Translations under genes and position numbers: made by a program
The notes under the pieces: model-generated
Told to the model about the DNA's origin: nothing
The model's database searches: none
What the model saw: the letters and a program-made list of their open reading frames with translations, nothing else
Assembly (NCBI GenBank): GCA_905182475.1
Contig: CAJJBR010000044.1
Location: forward strand, 1,645-65,644
Source of the DNA: Akkermansiaceae bacterium
Lineage (GTDB): Bacteria; Verrucomicrobiota; Verrucomicrobiia; Verrucomicrobiales; Akkermansiaceae
Direction: 5' to 3'
Length of the DNA stretch: 64,000 bases
In this document: one piece after another, positions 48,432-58,255 of the stretch
Position numbering within the stretch: position 1 is the first letter of the stretch
Layout: the number at the start of each line of letters is the position of its first letter

Positions 48432-50528
48432 TCACCAAAGGTATTTCACCCCGAAGATTGCATTAAATCCCGGCTCGTTCTGGCCAGAGCCGTGGAGCCG
48501 GTAGTCGTCATCAAGGAGGTTCTCGAGGGCGGCGGTGAGCTGAATATTTTCCGTGGGATTGTACCCGGCGCGGAGCGATACGGCGGCGTAGGCAGGTGTG
48601 CCACCGGTCGGGATACGCTGAATATCTCCCCTGTCCCTGCTCGAAAGTTTGTCCGCTTCAGCGGATGCGAAGATACGCCCTTCAATCCACAATGGTTTTT
48701 CCACGTGATCCCAACGCAGAGCCACCGAACCGCTTAGCGGGAGGAGGCGGGAGAGATATTCTTCCTGCTCTGGGCCGCCGATGAAAACCGGGGTCTTGAT
48801 ACAGCCCTCCTGCCAGGAGGCGAAGCCGGAGAGAGTCCACTGATCTGCGAGTTTGTAAAATCCCTCCAACTCGATCCCATAGATGTATCCGTCACTACCG
48901 TTCGTTGTGACGGTAGGTGAGTTCGGCGCGAGTGCAGTTAGCACGGAAGTGATCTGATTGGAGATATCCGTGTAGTAAACCGCCGCGCTAAATCCGTAGT
49001 TACCGGAGTCCTTGCGCACACCGACTTCGACCGTGGTAAACTCCTCGGGCTCGACGGTCAGAGAACCAGCCGCTGGAGTCCCGGAGCGCGAAGTGACATT
49101 ACCTGAAAGATCGTTGAGATTCGGCGCACGGAAAGCTTGGGAAACACCACCAAATACTAGCCACTCGTCGTTGATCCGGTAGGTGCCGCGGACGGAGGCG
49201 GAGATATCGTCCCAAGAATCAGAGGCACTCGCGTTCGGATTCGCGGCTGAGATGAAATTTTTTCCCAACTCCGCACGCGCGTAGGTGTAGCGGACACCAG
49301 TGGTCAGTTCGAATTTTTCGCCGAACGGGCGGATATACTGAGCATAGGCTCCGAGGAGATCATAGGTGGAATCATCGGCCAATGGACGGTTCGAAGGATC
49401 GAAGGCAAAGCCCGCCCCAATGTCGCGTGCTCCATAGGAATCGACCGAATCATGGTAGTAATCGAGACCATAGACCAGCGACCCGCCCGCAAGATTGGAA
49501 GTCAGTTCAAGGTCTATGCCCGTGGTATTGGTATCATTAGTCTGGTAACGTCTATCGCCTACCTTGCGGTTCTGGAACTCGCTCTCGGAAGATGTCTGGT
49601 AGGAAAAGGTAGCGGTCAGGCTCCGGATCGGAGCGTCGGCCCGTTCGTTTTCATGAGCTATACGGAAATATGTCAGGCTGCGTTCTTGATCGATATCACG
49701 CGTGATAAAAGTTCCCGGAGCTGTGACTTGATTGCCATGGATCCAACCCGGATTATTGAATGTAGAATGCCAGCGAGAGACGTTATCCTGGTTGAGATAC
49801 TGGTGAACAAGGGTCAGCTTCGTCTGCGAGGAAAATGCATAGTCGATCCGCGCGTCGATCGCCTCCTCAGGATAGCCAGTACCACGCATCAGCCCGACGG
49901 ACGAATCCTCGATATCGCCGAATTCCTTCATGGAAATGCCGAGGTGGAGTCCGAACTTTCCGCCTACACCAGTTTGCGTTTCTACGCGACCGATGTGGCT
50001 ACCGCGTCCGTTGGAACGGTATTCATAGTAGGCGGAACCGCGGGAAAACACCTGACCAACCACCTCGTTTTCGAAATCCGCGAATTTCGTAAATGCGTTC
50101 AGCGTTCCCCCGGCGGCATCGGAGCCGTAGAGAACCGAGCCCTGGGAGCGGATCAGCTCGAATCGATCGAAGGAATAGGGATCCACCGTATTCCAATATT
50201 GGACGGGGCCGCCCCGGAAGGTGGAGTTATTGAAGCGAACACCATCAATCAGAAGAAGGTTCTGGCGGCCAGTGAAGCCCCGAATAAAAGGAGAACCATG
50301 GCCGTGTGCCGTTTTCTGGACGAGAACCCCCGGAGTGTAGCGGAGTGCATCCGGCAGGGTTCTAACCGTGTTTTCTTGGAAATCCCTAGAAGAAAACAGC
50401 TCGCTTGAATATGCGGCGGTCTTTGCCGGGGTTTCGGTACGGGTAGCGGTTACCACCAACGGATCGAGAAAGTCCTGCGCTGCGAGTGGAAGGATGAAGG
50501 CTAAAAACAATACGTTTATGGAGCGCAT
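48432..50528 (-). CDS. TonB-dependent outer-membrane receptor
   Basis: 698-aa ORF with a signal peptide, plug region DPLVVTATRTE..LPDALRYTPGV..RGF, and a long beta-barrel ending ..AIFGVKYLW. Confidence 0.9.
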   Translation of the reverse strand: MRSINVLFLAFILPLAAQDFLDPLVVTATRTETPAKTAAYSSELFSSRDFQENTVRTLPDALRYTPGVLVQKTAHGHGSPFIRGFTGRQNLLLIDGVRFNNSTFRGGPVQYWNTVDPYSFDRFELIRSQGSVLYGSDAAGGTLNAFTKFADFENEVVGQVFSRGSAYYEYRSNGRGSHIGRVETQTGVGGKFGLHLGISMKEFGDIEDSSVGLMRGTGYPEEAIDARIDYAFSSQTKLTLVHQYLNQDNVSRWHSTFNNPGWIHGNQVTAPGTFITRDIDQERSLTYFRIAHENERADAPIRSLTATFSYQTSSESEFQNRKVGDRRYQTNDTNTTGIDLELTSNLAGGSLVYGLDYYHDSVDSYGARDIGAGFAFDPSNRPLADDSTYDLLGAYAQYIRPFGEKFELTTGVRYTYARAELGKNFISAANPNASASDSWDDISASVRGTYRINDEWLVFGGVSQAFRAPNLNDLSGNVTSRSGTPAAGSLTVEPEEFTTVEVGVRKDSGNYGFSAAVYYTDISNQITSVLTALAPNSPTVTTNGSDGYIYGIELEGFYKLADQWTLSGFASWQEGCIKTPVFIGGPEQEEYLSRLLPLSGSVALRWDHVEKPLWIEGRIFASAEADKLSSRDRGDIQRIPTGGTPAYAAVSLRAGYNPTENIQLTAALENLLDDDYRLHGSGQNEPGFNAIFGVKYLW

Positions 50529-50618
50529 AAGTGGAAGAACTACGAGCGTAGGAAAGGAAATTCAAAAAAAAATGGCAACGAGTCGTGCCCGTTACCATTC
50601 GTAAATATGGATAAAAAA

Positions 50619-51524
50619 TCAGACGCCGTATTTGAGGAATACCTTCAGGTCGGCAGGCAGCGGCTTATCGACCATGATGTATTTCTCATAAAACTTGGCG
50701 AGCGCAGCGGCTTCAGTAAGACGAGTATATCCGCCTGAGCTTTTGTTTTCGTCGTCCGTGCCCCATACAGCGATAGCGGTCTGGATTTCCTCATCTGCAA
50801 GATACGTCCGAAGGGCATTGAGAGCCGCATCTTGGGCGATCTGTTCCGAGCCACCTGCATCAGCCGTAATTGCAACATTGTAAGAAATGATCGCTTCCGC
50901 GCTACGCTTTAAGTTCTGAAGGGCAAGGCCTTTGCAGTAGGCAATTTGTGCGCGCTGTGAGCCGGGAAGAACTTCCTCATCACGCTCGGATGCGATAGTC
51001 CAGACGCGATCCCAACTTAAGCTACGCACCGCATCCCACATGATGTAGAGATCCAGTTGGCGGAGCTGGTGGTCACGGCTAAGGGGAGTCTTAATGAAAC
51101 CCTGGAGGGCCTTGGTAAGCCCTTCAAGATCACCCTGCTTGCGCATGCACTCCATCTCATAAAAGGCAGACAGCGTATGGTAGTTGTCCTTAAATTTCGA
51201 GATTGGCGCATAGTAATCTTTGACCTCTGCGAATTTCGCCTGCGCGACCTTATACTTGCGGGCTTCGTAAAGATCCATTGCCTCCGTGTATACCGTAGGC
51301 TCCTTCAAGAAAATCGCGGTGAAATCCGAGATCTTCGCATCGGTGAAAACTGTGGAGGCAGAACTGGTCTTGTAGCGGATACGGGTTTCGGTAGCAGCAA
51401 GAATCCATGCTTGGAAGTTATCGCCACCCTCTTTCGCCATCATCGCTTCGGTTTGGAAAGCATTCTCGGAAAAAGCCGGAACAGCCAGAACCGGGATCAG
51501 CAGGGAGAGGAAAAGTTTTTTCAT
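50619..51524 (-). CDS. secreted helical (TPR-like?) protein of unknown function
   Basis: 301-aa ORF with signal peptide MKKLFLSLLIPVLAVPAFS. The body is helical-repeat looking, with no catalytic motif. Confidence 0.6.
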   Translation of the reverse strand: MKKLFLSLLIPVLAVPAFSENAFQTEAMMAKEGGDNFQAWILAATETRIRYKTSSASTVFTDAKISDFTAIFLKEPTVYTEAMDLYEARKYKVAQAKFAEVKDYYAPISKFKDNYHTLSAFYEMECMRKQGDLEGLTKALQGFIKTPLSRDHQLRQLDLYIMWDAVRSLSWDRVWTIASERDEEVLPGSQRAQIAYCKGLALQNLKRSAEAIISYNVAITADAGGSEQIAQDAALNALRTYLADEEIQTAIAVWGTDDENKSSGGYTRLTEAAALAKFYEKYIMVDKPLPADLKVFLKYGV

Positions 51525-51559
51525 AACGTATCAGTAAGTTTGGGTTTGAATGGGGGGGC

Positions 51560-54500
51560 TTAGCGGCGCTTCTTCGCTTCTTCCTCTGCTTTCTTAAGTT
51601 GCTCCATGGACTTGATGTTTGGATTCGCCACATATGTCTCAACGAGTTTTTCAACCTCTCTCCAGAGGGCACGATCTTCTGGGGAAAGCTTGTCCTTGAA
51701 GCGCCCGGTCAGCTCGAGGAAGCGCCATCCGCCGTTGTAGGCACCCTGGCGATCGGAGACGATTTTCGGATTGTCCGATTTCCGGTTCCTTTGGAAGGAA
51801 AGCTCCATCCAGCGCTTGATCGCTGGTGCAGCGATTTTGATGTAACCCATGTGGGCGGACCACACTTTAACATACATCGCGATTGCATCGTCGGTCTTAC
51901 CGCGTTTCTCAAACGACTGAGCAAGGATTAAACCCACTTCCGGAGAGAATTTACTAAATCCGAGTACCAGGCCGGCTTCTTCTTCGCGATTGAGGTATTC
52001 ATTGGCACGCTCGGCGGTCATTGCATACTCCTTTTTCGCCATCAGAATCTCGATAATGCGGAAGAGAGCGAACTCACGCTCCTTCTTTTCTTGGGAGTCG
52101 GTAAAGATGCGCTCGAAATCTTCCAAGGCGTTGGTCAGATCTGCATCCTGCGTGGATTCCCCGTAAACATCCGCACGCCCGAGGAGAGCCGCGAAGCGGT
52201 AAGACTGATCCTCGCGGGAAAGCGCCTCGCTATAGTAAGGAAGCGCCTCGCGGGGTGCAGAGGTGTTTGTCCGTAAGTAGTCCCCGAGCTTCACGAGGAT
52301 GTAGTTCGAGAGGTCTTTCAGATCGAAATCGAATTTCAGGTTTTTGAAAAGAATCGTGATCATTGCCTTCGCGGCACGCTCCTTTGCTTCGTCATCCTCG
52401 CTGGCTTTCGCAACATCTTCGAAAACGCCGATAATGGCGATACGGAGCAGGGCGCGGGCGGCCTTGTCGTTGTTAGCGATATCAGGGAACAAGTAGTAAT
52501 GATCCTTGAGTTCCTGCGGGCTGTGGCTCTCCAAGTAAACATCGGTATAAGAGTTAATCGCTTCTTCCAAGCCAACCGCTCCAGGGATTTTCGCCATTGT
52601 GGAAATGACTTCCTGGAGGCGTTTGAGAGCTTCCTCGCCACGGCCTACTTCGCTATATGCGCGAATTTGCGCAACAGCCACCTGGGCGCGATACGGCGAG
52701 CCAGGGGAGTATTCTTCCCAATACTTGTCGGCAAAAGGAACGGCGTCCTTCACGCGAGGGCCGGGTTCCTTGCCCTTTGCCACATCGCCAAGCATTGCGA
52801 CAAGATAGTAAAGCGCTTCACCGGCAACACCGTCGTTACCTCGGATTTCTGCGATTTCAAGAGCCTTGAGGTAGCACTCTTCGGCCGCCTCAAGTTCTTT
52901 TTCCCCTTGGAGCACGTTGCCCCGCAGGTTGTAGGCTTGGTCGGCAACAGGGGAATCCGAGAACTCCGAGATCACGCGCTCAAGCTTCTTAAGAGCACCT
53001 TCTGGTTGCTCCTCAGCAAAGTGAGCATTTGCACGGTCATAAAGTGCGAGCGGAGTGTAGGACTGATTCTCGGCGTCCTTGTATTTCTCAAGAAACGCAT
53101 CGAGCAGGCTGGCTGCCTTTGACCAGTATTGCAGGCGAGAGACGTTCGACGCTTGGAAATATGAAGACGACTGGATGAAGATACTTTCCGGGTATTTTTC
53201 CACATGCTGGTCGAGCAGAGGCGCAGCCATGTCATACTGGCCGGTGTAGAAATAGGAACCACCGAGAACGAAGAGCGCGAGGTCGTGCTCAGGGGTGCCT
53301 TCCGGAGCTTTCTTATTGTCGATGATGTCCGAGGCAATTCCGATGCAGATTTCATATTTCCCGTCGAAAAACAGGGAAGAGAGCATCATTTTCTGAACCG
53401 CCGGCTTGTAGCTGGAATCCGGATAGGCCTTGAGGAACCTTTCCCCATACTCCTGGGTAGCGTAGACGTTGCTAATAATCGAGGAAGTGCGGATGAGGTG
53501 GTAGAGGTTGTCTTCACGTTTTTCCGCCTTCGGATAGTAATTTTCCAACTGGTAATAAGCCCCGTATGCTCCGTGAGTGTTCTTATGGTTCTCGTGGATG
53601 TATGCGACCGCTGCGAGCTTGATCATTTCGATCGACTTGTTGCCGCGCTGCTCGCTTTCTAGATCGGTAAGCTGTTTTTCAAGCTGATCCTTGTAGAGCC
53701 GAGCCCCGCCGTCTGCGACGCGGGTGAGGTTGCCCATGGCACCTATGCGGTTCCGGAGATCCTCGATGGCCACGTCAGTTGGCGGGACGAACTGATAGAG
53801 GTTCATTGCTACTTTCAGCATTTCCGCAGAGATGGCATCACCAGCGAGCTTCATGAACACTTTGGAGAACCGTTGCATCTCATATGGAGGGATGATAAGT
53901 TCTCCGCGGTTTTTGCCGATGAAATCCAGAAGAACCTGCTCGTCCTCCTTGCTGATTGCCGCAGCTACGAGGGACTGGAAGCCGGAAACGATTGCATCGT
54001 TAGGGGTCGGGAAGGTATTCTTGTTGTTGATCGCGATTTCAAGGTGATCGTTGCCCTCTGGGATTTTCTCGAGGCGGTAATGGCAGATCGCCATGTTGAT
54101 GTGGAATGCACCTCGGGGATAGCCGTCGCGTGCTTTGTCGCGTTCCTCGAGGAACTTTTTCCATTGGTTGATGGCCAGTTCGTAATCTTCTGCGCCCATT
54201 GCTGCCTCACCCCATTTCAGGAGTGCCTTTTTTTCAAAACGGTTACCTCCGCCCGCTTTGCCTTTGCCTTTGTTGGGGAAATCCTTGTAAGTCGCTTCAA
54301 AGGACTCCATCGCTTCACCAAACTTCTTCAGCTTGAGCTCACAGACTCCCTTACGATAATAGATGTTTCCGAATTGCGGGCCGAATAGTTGGAGAGCTAT
54401 CTTGCCACCGTAGCGATCCACAGCCGCCTTGTTGAATGCGAGTGCCTGCTCCCATTTGCCGGCTTTCATCGAGGCGAGCGCCTTGTTGACGAGGCCGCCG

Positions 54501-54586
54501 AGATCGTCTTGCTCTTGTGCGCAGAGCGGCACGGAAGTAACCAGTAAAGTTAAGGTAAGGGTAAAGGCCAGGAGTAGTTTTTTCAT
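51560..54586 (-). CDS. large secreted tetratricopeptide-repeat protein
   Basis: 1008-aa ORF with signal peptide MKKLLLAFTLTLTLLVTSVPLCAQ. Many A/Y/L-spaced TPR-like repeats, such as YYRKGVCELKLKKFGEAMESFE and YNLRGNVLQGEKELEAAEECYLKAL. Confidence 0.8.
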   Translation of the reverse strand: MKKLLLAFTLTLTLLVTSVPLCAQEQDDLGGLVNKALASMKAGKWEQALAFNKAAVDRYGGKIALQLFGPQFGNIYYRKGVCELKLKKFGEAMESFEATYKDFPNKGKGKAGGGNRFEKKALLKWGEAAMGAEDYELAINQWKKFLEERDKARDGYPRGAFHINMAICHYRLEKIPEGNDHLEIAINNKNTFPTPNDAIVSGFQSLVAAAISKEDEQVLLDFIGKNRGELIIPPYEMQRFSKVFMKLAGDAISAEMLKVAMNLYQFVPPTDVAIEDLRNRIGAMGNLTRVADGGARLYKDQLEKQLTDLESEQRGNKSIEMIKLAAVAYIHENHKNTHGAYGAYYQLENYYPKAEKREDNLYHLIRTSSIISNVYATQEYGERFLKAYPDSSYKPAVQKMMLSSLFFDGKYEICIGIASDIIDNKKAPEGTPEHDLALFVLGGSYFYTGQYDMAAPLLDQHVEKYPESIFIQSSSYFQASNVSRLQYWSKAASLLDAFLEKYKDAENQSYTPLALYDRANAHFAEEQPEGALKKLERVISEFSDSPVADQAYNLRGNVLQGEKELEAAEECYLKALEIAEIRGNDGVAGEALYYLVAMLGDVAKGKEPGPRVKDAVPFADKYWEEYSPGSPYRAQVAVAQIRAYSEVGRGEEALKRLQEVISTMAKIPGAVGLEEAINSYTDVYLESHSPQELKDHYYLFPDIANNDKAARALLRIAIIGVFEDVAKASEDDEAKERAAKAMITILFKNLKFDFDLKDLSNYILVKLGDYLRTNTSAPREALPYYSEALSREDQSYRFAALLGRADVYGESTQDADLTNALEDFERIFTDSQEKKEREFALFRIIEILMAKKEYAMTAERANEYLNREEEAGLVLGFSKFSPEVGLILAQSFEKRGKTDDAIAMYVKVWSAHMGYIKIAAPAIKRWMELSFQRNRKSDNPKIVSDRQGAYNGGWRFLELTGRFKDKLSPEDRALWREVEKLVETYVANPNIKSMEQLKKAEEEAKKRR

Positions 54587-54744
54587 GTCTGAAATTTTTT
54601 CAAGAAATAGGGGGACGGGGTTTTGTCAAGATTTCGGGAGCCGGGAACACTCGGCAAGTTTCCATTAAATAAAGGCCGCCGGGAGATACCTGCATGAGGG
54701 AACGTCCGACGGCGCAAAATATTAGGAGAAAAACGTTAAAGCTT

Positions 54745-55209
54745 TCACTCGAGGAGATCGGTGAAGGTGACCGAGGAGATTCCAGCGCCGGAGAGGGCGT
54801 TAAGCACGTCAATCACGCGCTGTTGGAAAGCACCGGGGTCAACATACACCTGAACTAGCGGCTTGCTTCCGGCACTGTTTGCAGCGGCGGAATACAGCTC
54901 GAGCTGGCTGTCAAGAAGAGGCACCTCGCGAGTGCTGACATCGGTATCGAGCGGCTGCTGTCCGGCACCGGTTCCTGAGAAAATCGCACCGGAGGCATCC
55001 ACGCGGATGAACATCGGCTCGATCTTTGGCTGCTCGTCGGCAGGTGGGCTGGATGCCGGCAATTGGAGACTGAGATCCGTTTCGCGGGGAGTGATCGTAG
55101 AGGTGACCAAGAAGTAGATGAGAAGCAGGAAACAGACGTCAATGAGTGACGAAATATCGAGATCCGGATCCGGTTCCGGTTCTTTGGTTGATTTTTTATG
55201 TCGGGCCAT
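54745..55209 (-). CDS. exbD: ExbD/TolR-family biopolymer transport protein
   Basis: 154-aa ORF with LDISSLIDVCFLLLIYFLV. Confidence 0.85.
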   Translation of the reverse strand: MARHKKSTKEPEPDPDLDISSLIDVCFLLLIYFLVTSTITPRETDLSLQLPASSPPADEQPKIEPMFIRVDASGAIFSGTGAGQQPLDTDVSTREVPLLDSQLELYSAAANSAGSKPLVQVYVDPGAFQQRVIDVLNALSGAGISSVTFTDLLE

Positions 55210-55222
55210 GCGGAGAAGTGGG

Positions 55223-55690
55223 TTATTTGGTTTTGAGACCTTTGTGGGTCTTGTAAACGGCGAAGATCACTTGATCTACACCGGCCGTAGCAGCTGCGCG
55301 GATGGCGGTTCGGGAGTGCTTGAAAACAGCATTCAGGTCACCCCGAAGGTGAAGCTTGGATTCCTCACCAAGTGCGTCGTTCGCTTCCTTCTGAGTTTTG
55401 ACGAGGTCGAAGATGTCGGTCTCGTCTTTGAGAATCACATTGAAGTTCTCTGCCGTGTAGGTGCCGTCTTCGTGAACGTTGACGACGATACGACCGCTTC
55501 CGTCCTTCTGTTTCTCGGAGTTTTTCGCAACCGGAGGGAGAACCTCCGGGTCTGTCTGGACGATGATCGCAGTGGCGTTGACGATGAAGAAGATGAGAAG
55601 CAGGAAGACCATGTCGATCATAGGCGACATATCGACCTTTGCGTCATCATCAGCAGCAGCGCTGGCCTTTCTGAGTTTTGAGGATGCCAT
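55223..55690 (-). CDS. exbD: ExbD/TolR-family biopolymer transport protein
   Basis: 155-aa ORF with VDMSPMIDMVFLLLIFFIV. Confidence 0.85.
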   Translation of the reverse strand: MASSKLRKASAAADDDAKVDMSPMIDMVFLLLIFFIVNATAIIVQTDPEVLPPVAKNSEKQKDGSGRIVVNVHEDGTYTAENFNVILKDETDIFDLVKTQKEANDALGEESKLHLRGDLNAVFKHSRTAIRAAATAGVDQVIFAVYKTHKGLKTK

Positions 55691-55771
55691 GGGAATTTTT
55701 GGTTAGCAGGATGGTTGAAACGAAGGGAGGAATTGCCGGAATGACAACCCTCCCACGGGCTTCCCCACTGC

Positions 55772-56557
55772 TTAAACGGCGATACCTTCTGGGATCTTAG
55801 CGTAAAGGGTGTCGGCGTTGACGGTAGCAACGGCGGCGTTAAGAAGTTCCTCGGCGGTGTGGACGGACTCTGCGACGAGTGCGTTGTATTTATTCTTCAG
55901 GATGAAGTAGCAAAGGATACAAGGAATCGCGTTGAAGAGACCCCAGAGGGTAGTAAGGAGGGCGACGGAGATATCACCGGCGAGAGCGGACGGATCGGCG
56001 GCACCTGCGGTCTTGAGGGTTCCGAAGGCGTTGACCATACCGATAACCGTTCCGGTCAGTCCTAGCATCGGGGATGCCTGGGCGATGAGGGAGATGTAGT
56101 TGATCCACTGCATGGACTTGCGGGACTCGTTGTTGGTGAAATCCGCGATGGCGTCTTCAACCTGGTCACGACCGAGTGTTTCCGGCTGGTTCGCATCAAT
56201 GTTCGGGAACGAATACGCAATCATACGCCCGAGGTAAGAAGGATGGGAGGCGGCGAGCTCGATGGCGGAGCGGACGCGGCACTCAGTCATGTGCTCCATG
56301 AGCGCGGCCTGAAGATCAGAAGGGCAAAACTTCGCTTTGGTAAGCGACATGAAGTTGTAAACAGCGAGCGCGATGAAGGCGACCACTGCAATCCCGATCA
56401 AAATCATTGTTGGTCCACCGTTGAGCACCCAGCGGTCGAGGAGAGTTTCTTTAACTACGTTTTCCGCTTGGGCGAAAAGTTGTGGCGTGGCAAGCAGAGT
56501 GGCTACGATTGCTGCGGACGCGGTGAAGCGAGGACGGTTGGCGAGTTTTTGTGTCAT
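55772..56557 (-). CDS. exbB: MotA/TolQ/ExbB proton-channel protein
   Basis: 261-aa ORF with an N-terminal signal-like segment and ISLIAQASPMLGLTGTVIGMVNAF..ALLTTLWGL. Confidence 0.9.
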   Translation of the reverse strand: MTQKLANRPRFTASAAIVATLLATPQLFAQAENVVKETLLDRWVLNGGPTMILIGIAVVAFIALAVYNFMSLTKAKFCPSDLQAALMEHMTECRVRSAIELAASHPSYLGRMIAYSFPNIDANQPETLGRDQVEDAIADFTNNESRKSMQWINYISLIAQASPMLGLTGTVIGMVNAFGTLKTAGAADPSALAGDISVALLTTLWGLFNAIPCILCYFILKNKYNALVAESVHTAEELLNAAVATVNADTLYAKIPEGIAV

Positions 56558-57146
56558 TGGTCGTTAGAAGGTTCTCTTGGAATTGCTGGTGAGTTTGGAA
56601 ATTAAGAGGGTTTCGGCAAGAAAGATTTTCAGGAAAAATGCAGAAGTTTTTTTTGCAAACCAAGACTATCAGCCGCAGCGGTCCGTCTGGGTGAAAGAGT
56701 AGTAATCCTGCATTATCTACTGGAACGCGCAGCCCGGTGAGTTTCTTGGAACAAACTAAACCAAAACAGCTATGCAGCCTATCGCACCAAGACTAGCAGG
56801 AACACCATTCCTCAGAGCAACCGGGAGCCGAACAAGATCACTGCTGCAAGGGCGAGGAAGACGAGACCAAGGGCAATTTTGACGGAGAAGGTGTGGCGGG
56901 TCTGGAAATCTACGAGCGCCTTATTACTCATGCCGCAGAAGGCGAGAGCGAAGATGACGATAAGCGGCAGGATGAAGGCGAGGTTTATTGTGTTGGTTTC
57001 TTCTTCGTCAATGAGAAGTCGGAGGCATCCGGCCTCTCACTAGATTCTTCCGCCGATAGGCGGTTCCCCCGCGGGGAAAAAATTTTGTTCGTTTGGATTT
57101 CTTGGTTTTATGCTGCCTTTTTACAGGTTGCCGGACGGTAGATTTC

Positions 57147-57899
57147 CTATGGCCTGGAGCCGCCCAGCGAGTCGTGGGGACGCCACCTGTTGTAGCGCTT
57201 GAACGAGTCCTCTAAGATCGTTTCGAGTTCGGGTAATGTGGAGAACTCGCGCAGGTGGAGTTCGTCGTATTTGATGGTTCTCCACAACCTTTCGATGAAC
57301 ACGTTGTCGAGCCATCGGCCCTTGCCGTCCATGCTGATGCGGATACCATGATCGGTGAGACGTTCCCGCCAGGCACGCGAGGTGAACTGGCAGCCTTGAT
57401 CGGTGTTAAAGATCTCCGGCGCTCGACCCGCCACTCGCACGACCTCGTCAATGAGTCGACAGAGCTGGATTTCGCGCGCTCCAGGATTGTCGGGCGGCGG
57501 AGTGAGTCGGTTGCGGTTGACGTCCACCAGTTCGCATTGGCGGCGGATGCTAAGCTGGTGACTGTCGCGATCGATCATTCTCTTACGCTCCTTCACCGTC
57601 CCAGCTCCTTGGACTTTTTTTGCAGCCACTCCATTTCTATGGTGAGCTGTCCGACTTTTCATTCCAGGCGGGCTTTGTCTCTTTCGGCAACCTCGGCTTC
57701 CTGCCGGGCATCCTTGCCGTCCTTTTCAAAGACGAGGTGCGGCTATCGAGTAACTCCTTCTTCCACTGGCTCACCTGCACGGGATGCCGTTCGTTTTCAT
57801 CGGCGATCATGCCGACTGTTTTGATTCCCCGCGCCGCCTCCATGGCGATGCGGCTTTGAATTCGGCGGTGAAACTCCTTCTAGTTCTTCTTTTTGACAT
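57147..57899 (-). pseudogene. degraded IS3-family element (orfA/orfB remnant)
   Basis: orfA starts at 57899 (MSKRRTRRSFTAEFK). It needs at least two frame changes and contains an in-frame TGA (..ARLE*KVGQLTIEMEWLQKKSKELGR*). A slippery A7 tract lies at 57615-57621. orfB keeps LSIRRQCELVDV and FNTDQGCQFTS..DNVFIERLWRTIKYDE but lacks the central integrase core. Confidence 0.8.
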
Positions 57900-57982
57900 G
57901 GTGTTGTGTGGGTTGATTTTCACCAACCCGAACACCGCCTCAAACTAATTAAGCCCCTGGCTCCGTTTTGCCGGTCCGGCTC

Positions 57983-58243
57983 TCACTCAGCTGGCGGACG
58001 AATGATAACTGTCGCATCCCGGGAGCTCTCCGGAGCAGTGGAACGGAGCTGCTCCTCATCGGGCAAGGCGAGCATGTCCGGCATGCGCAGACCGTCGTCG
58101 GCAGGGGCGGGCACGATTGACTCGGATAGGGTGGCTGCCTGCTTGGGTTGTCCCTTCGGCCCCTCAGCGATGATCAGCGCTTTCTTCGGCGAGGCGCATG
58201 ATGCCAAGCCGAGTGCGAGGAAAAGGATGAATGGATTTTTCAC
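57983..58243 (-). CDS. small lipoprotein (hypothetical)
   Basis: 86-aa ORF with lipobox FLALGLASC. It lies 12 nt downstream of gltA. Confidence 0.55.
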   Translation of the reverse strand: MKNPFILFLALGLASCASPKKALIIAEGPKGQPKQAATLSESIVPAPADDGLRMPDMLALPDEEQLRSTAPESSRDATVIIRPPAE

Positions 58244-58255
58244 AGAAAGCAGAGT

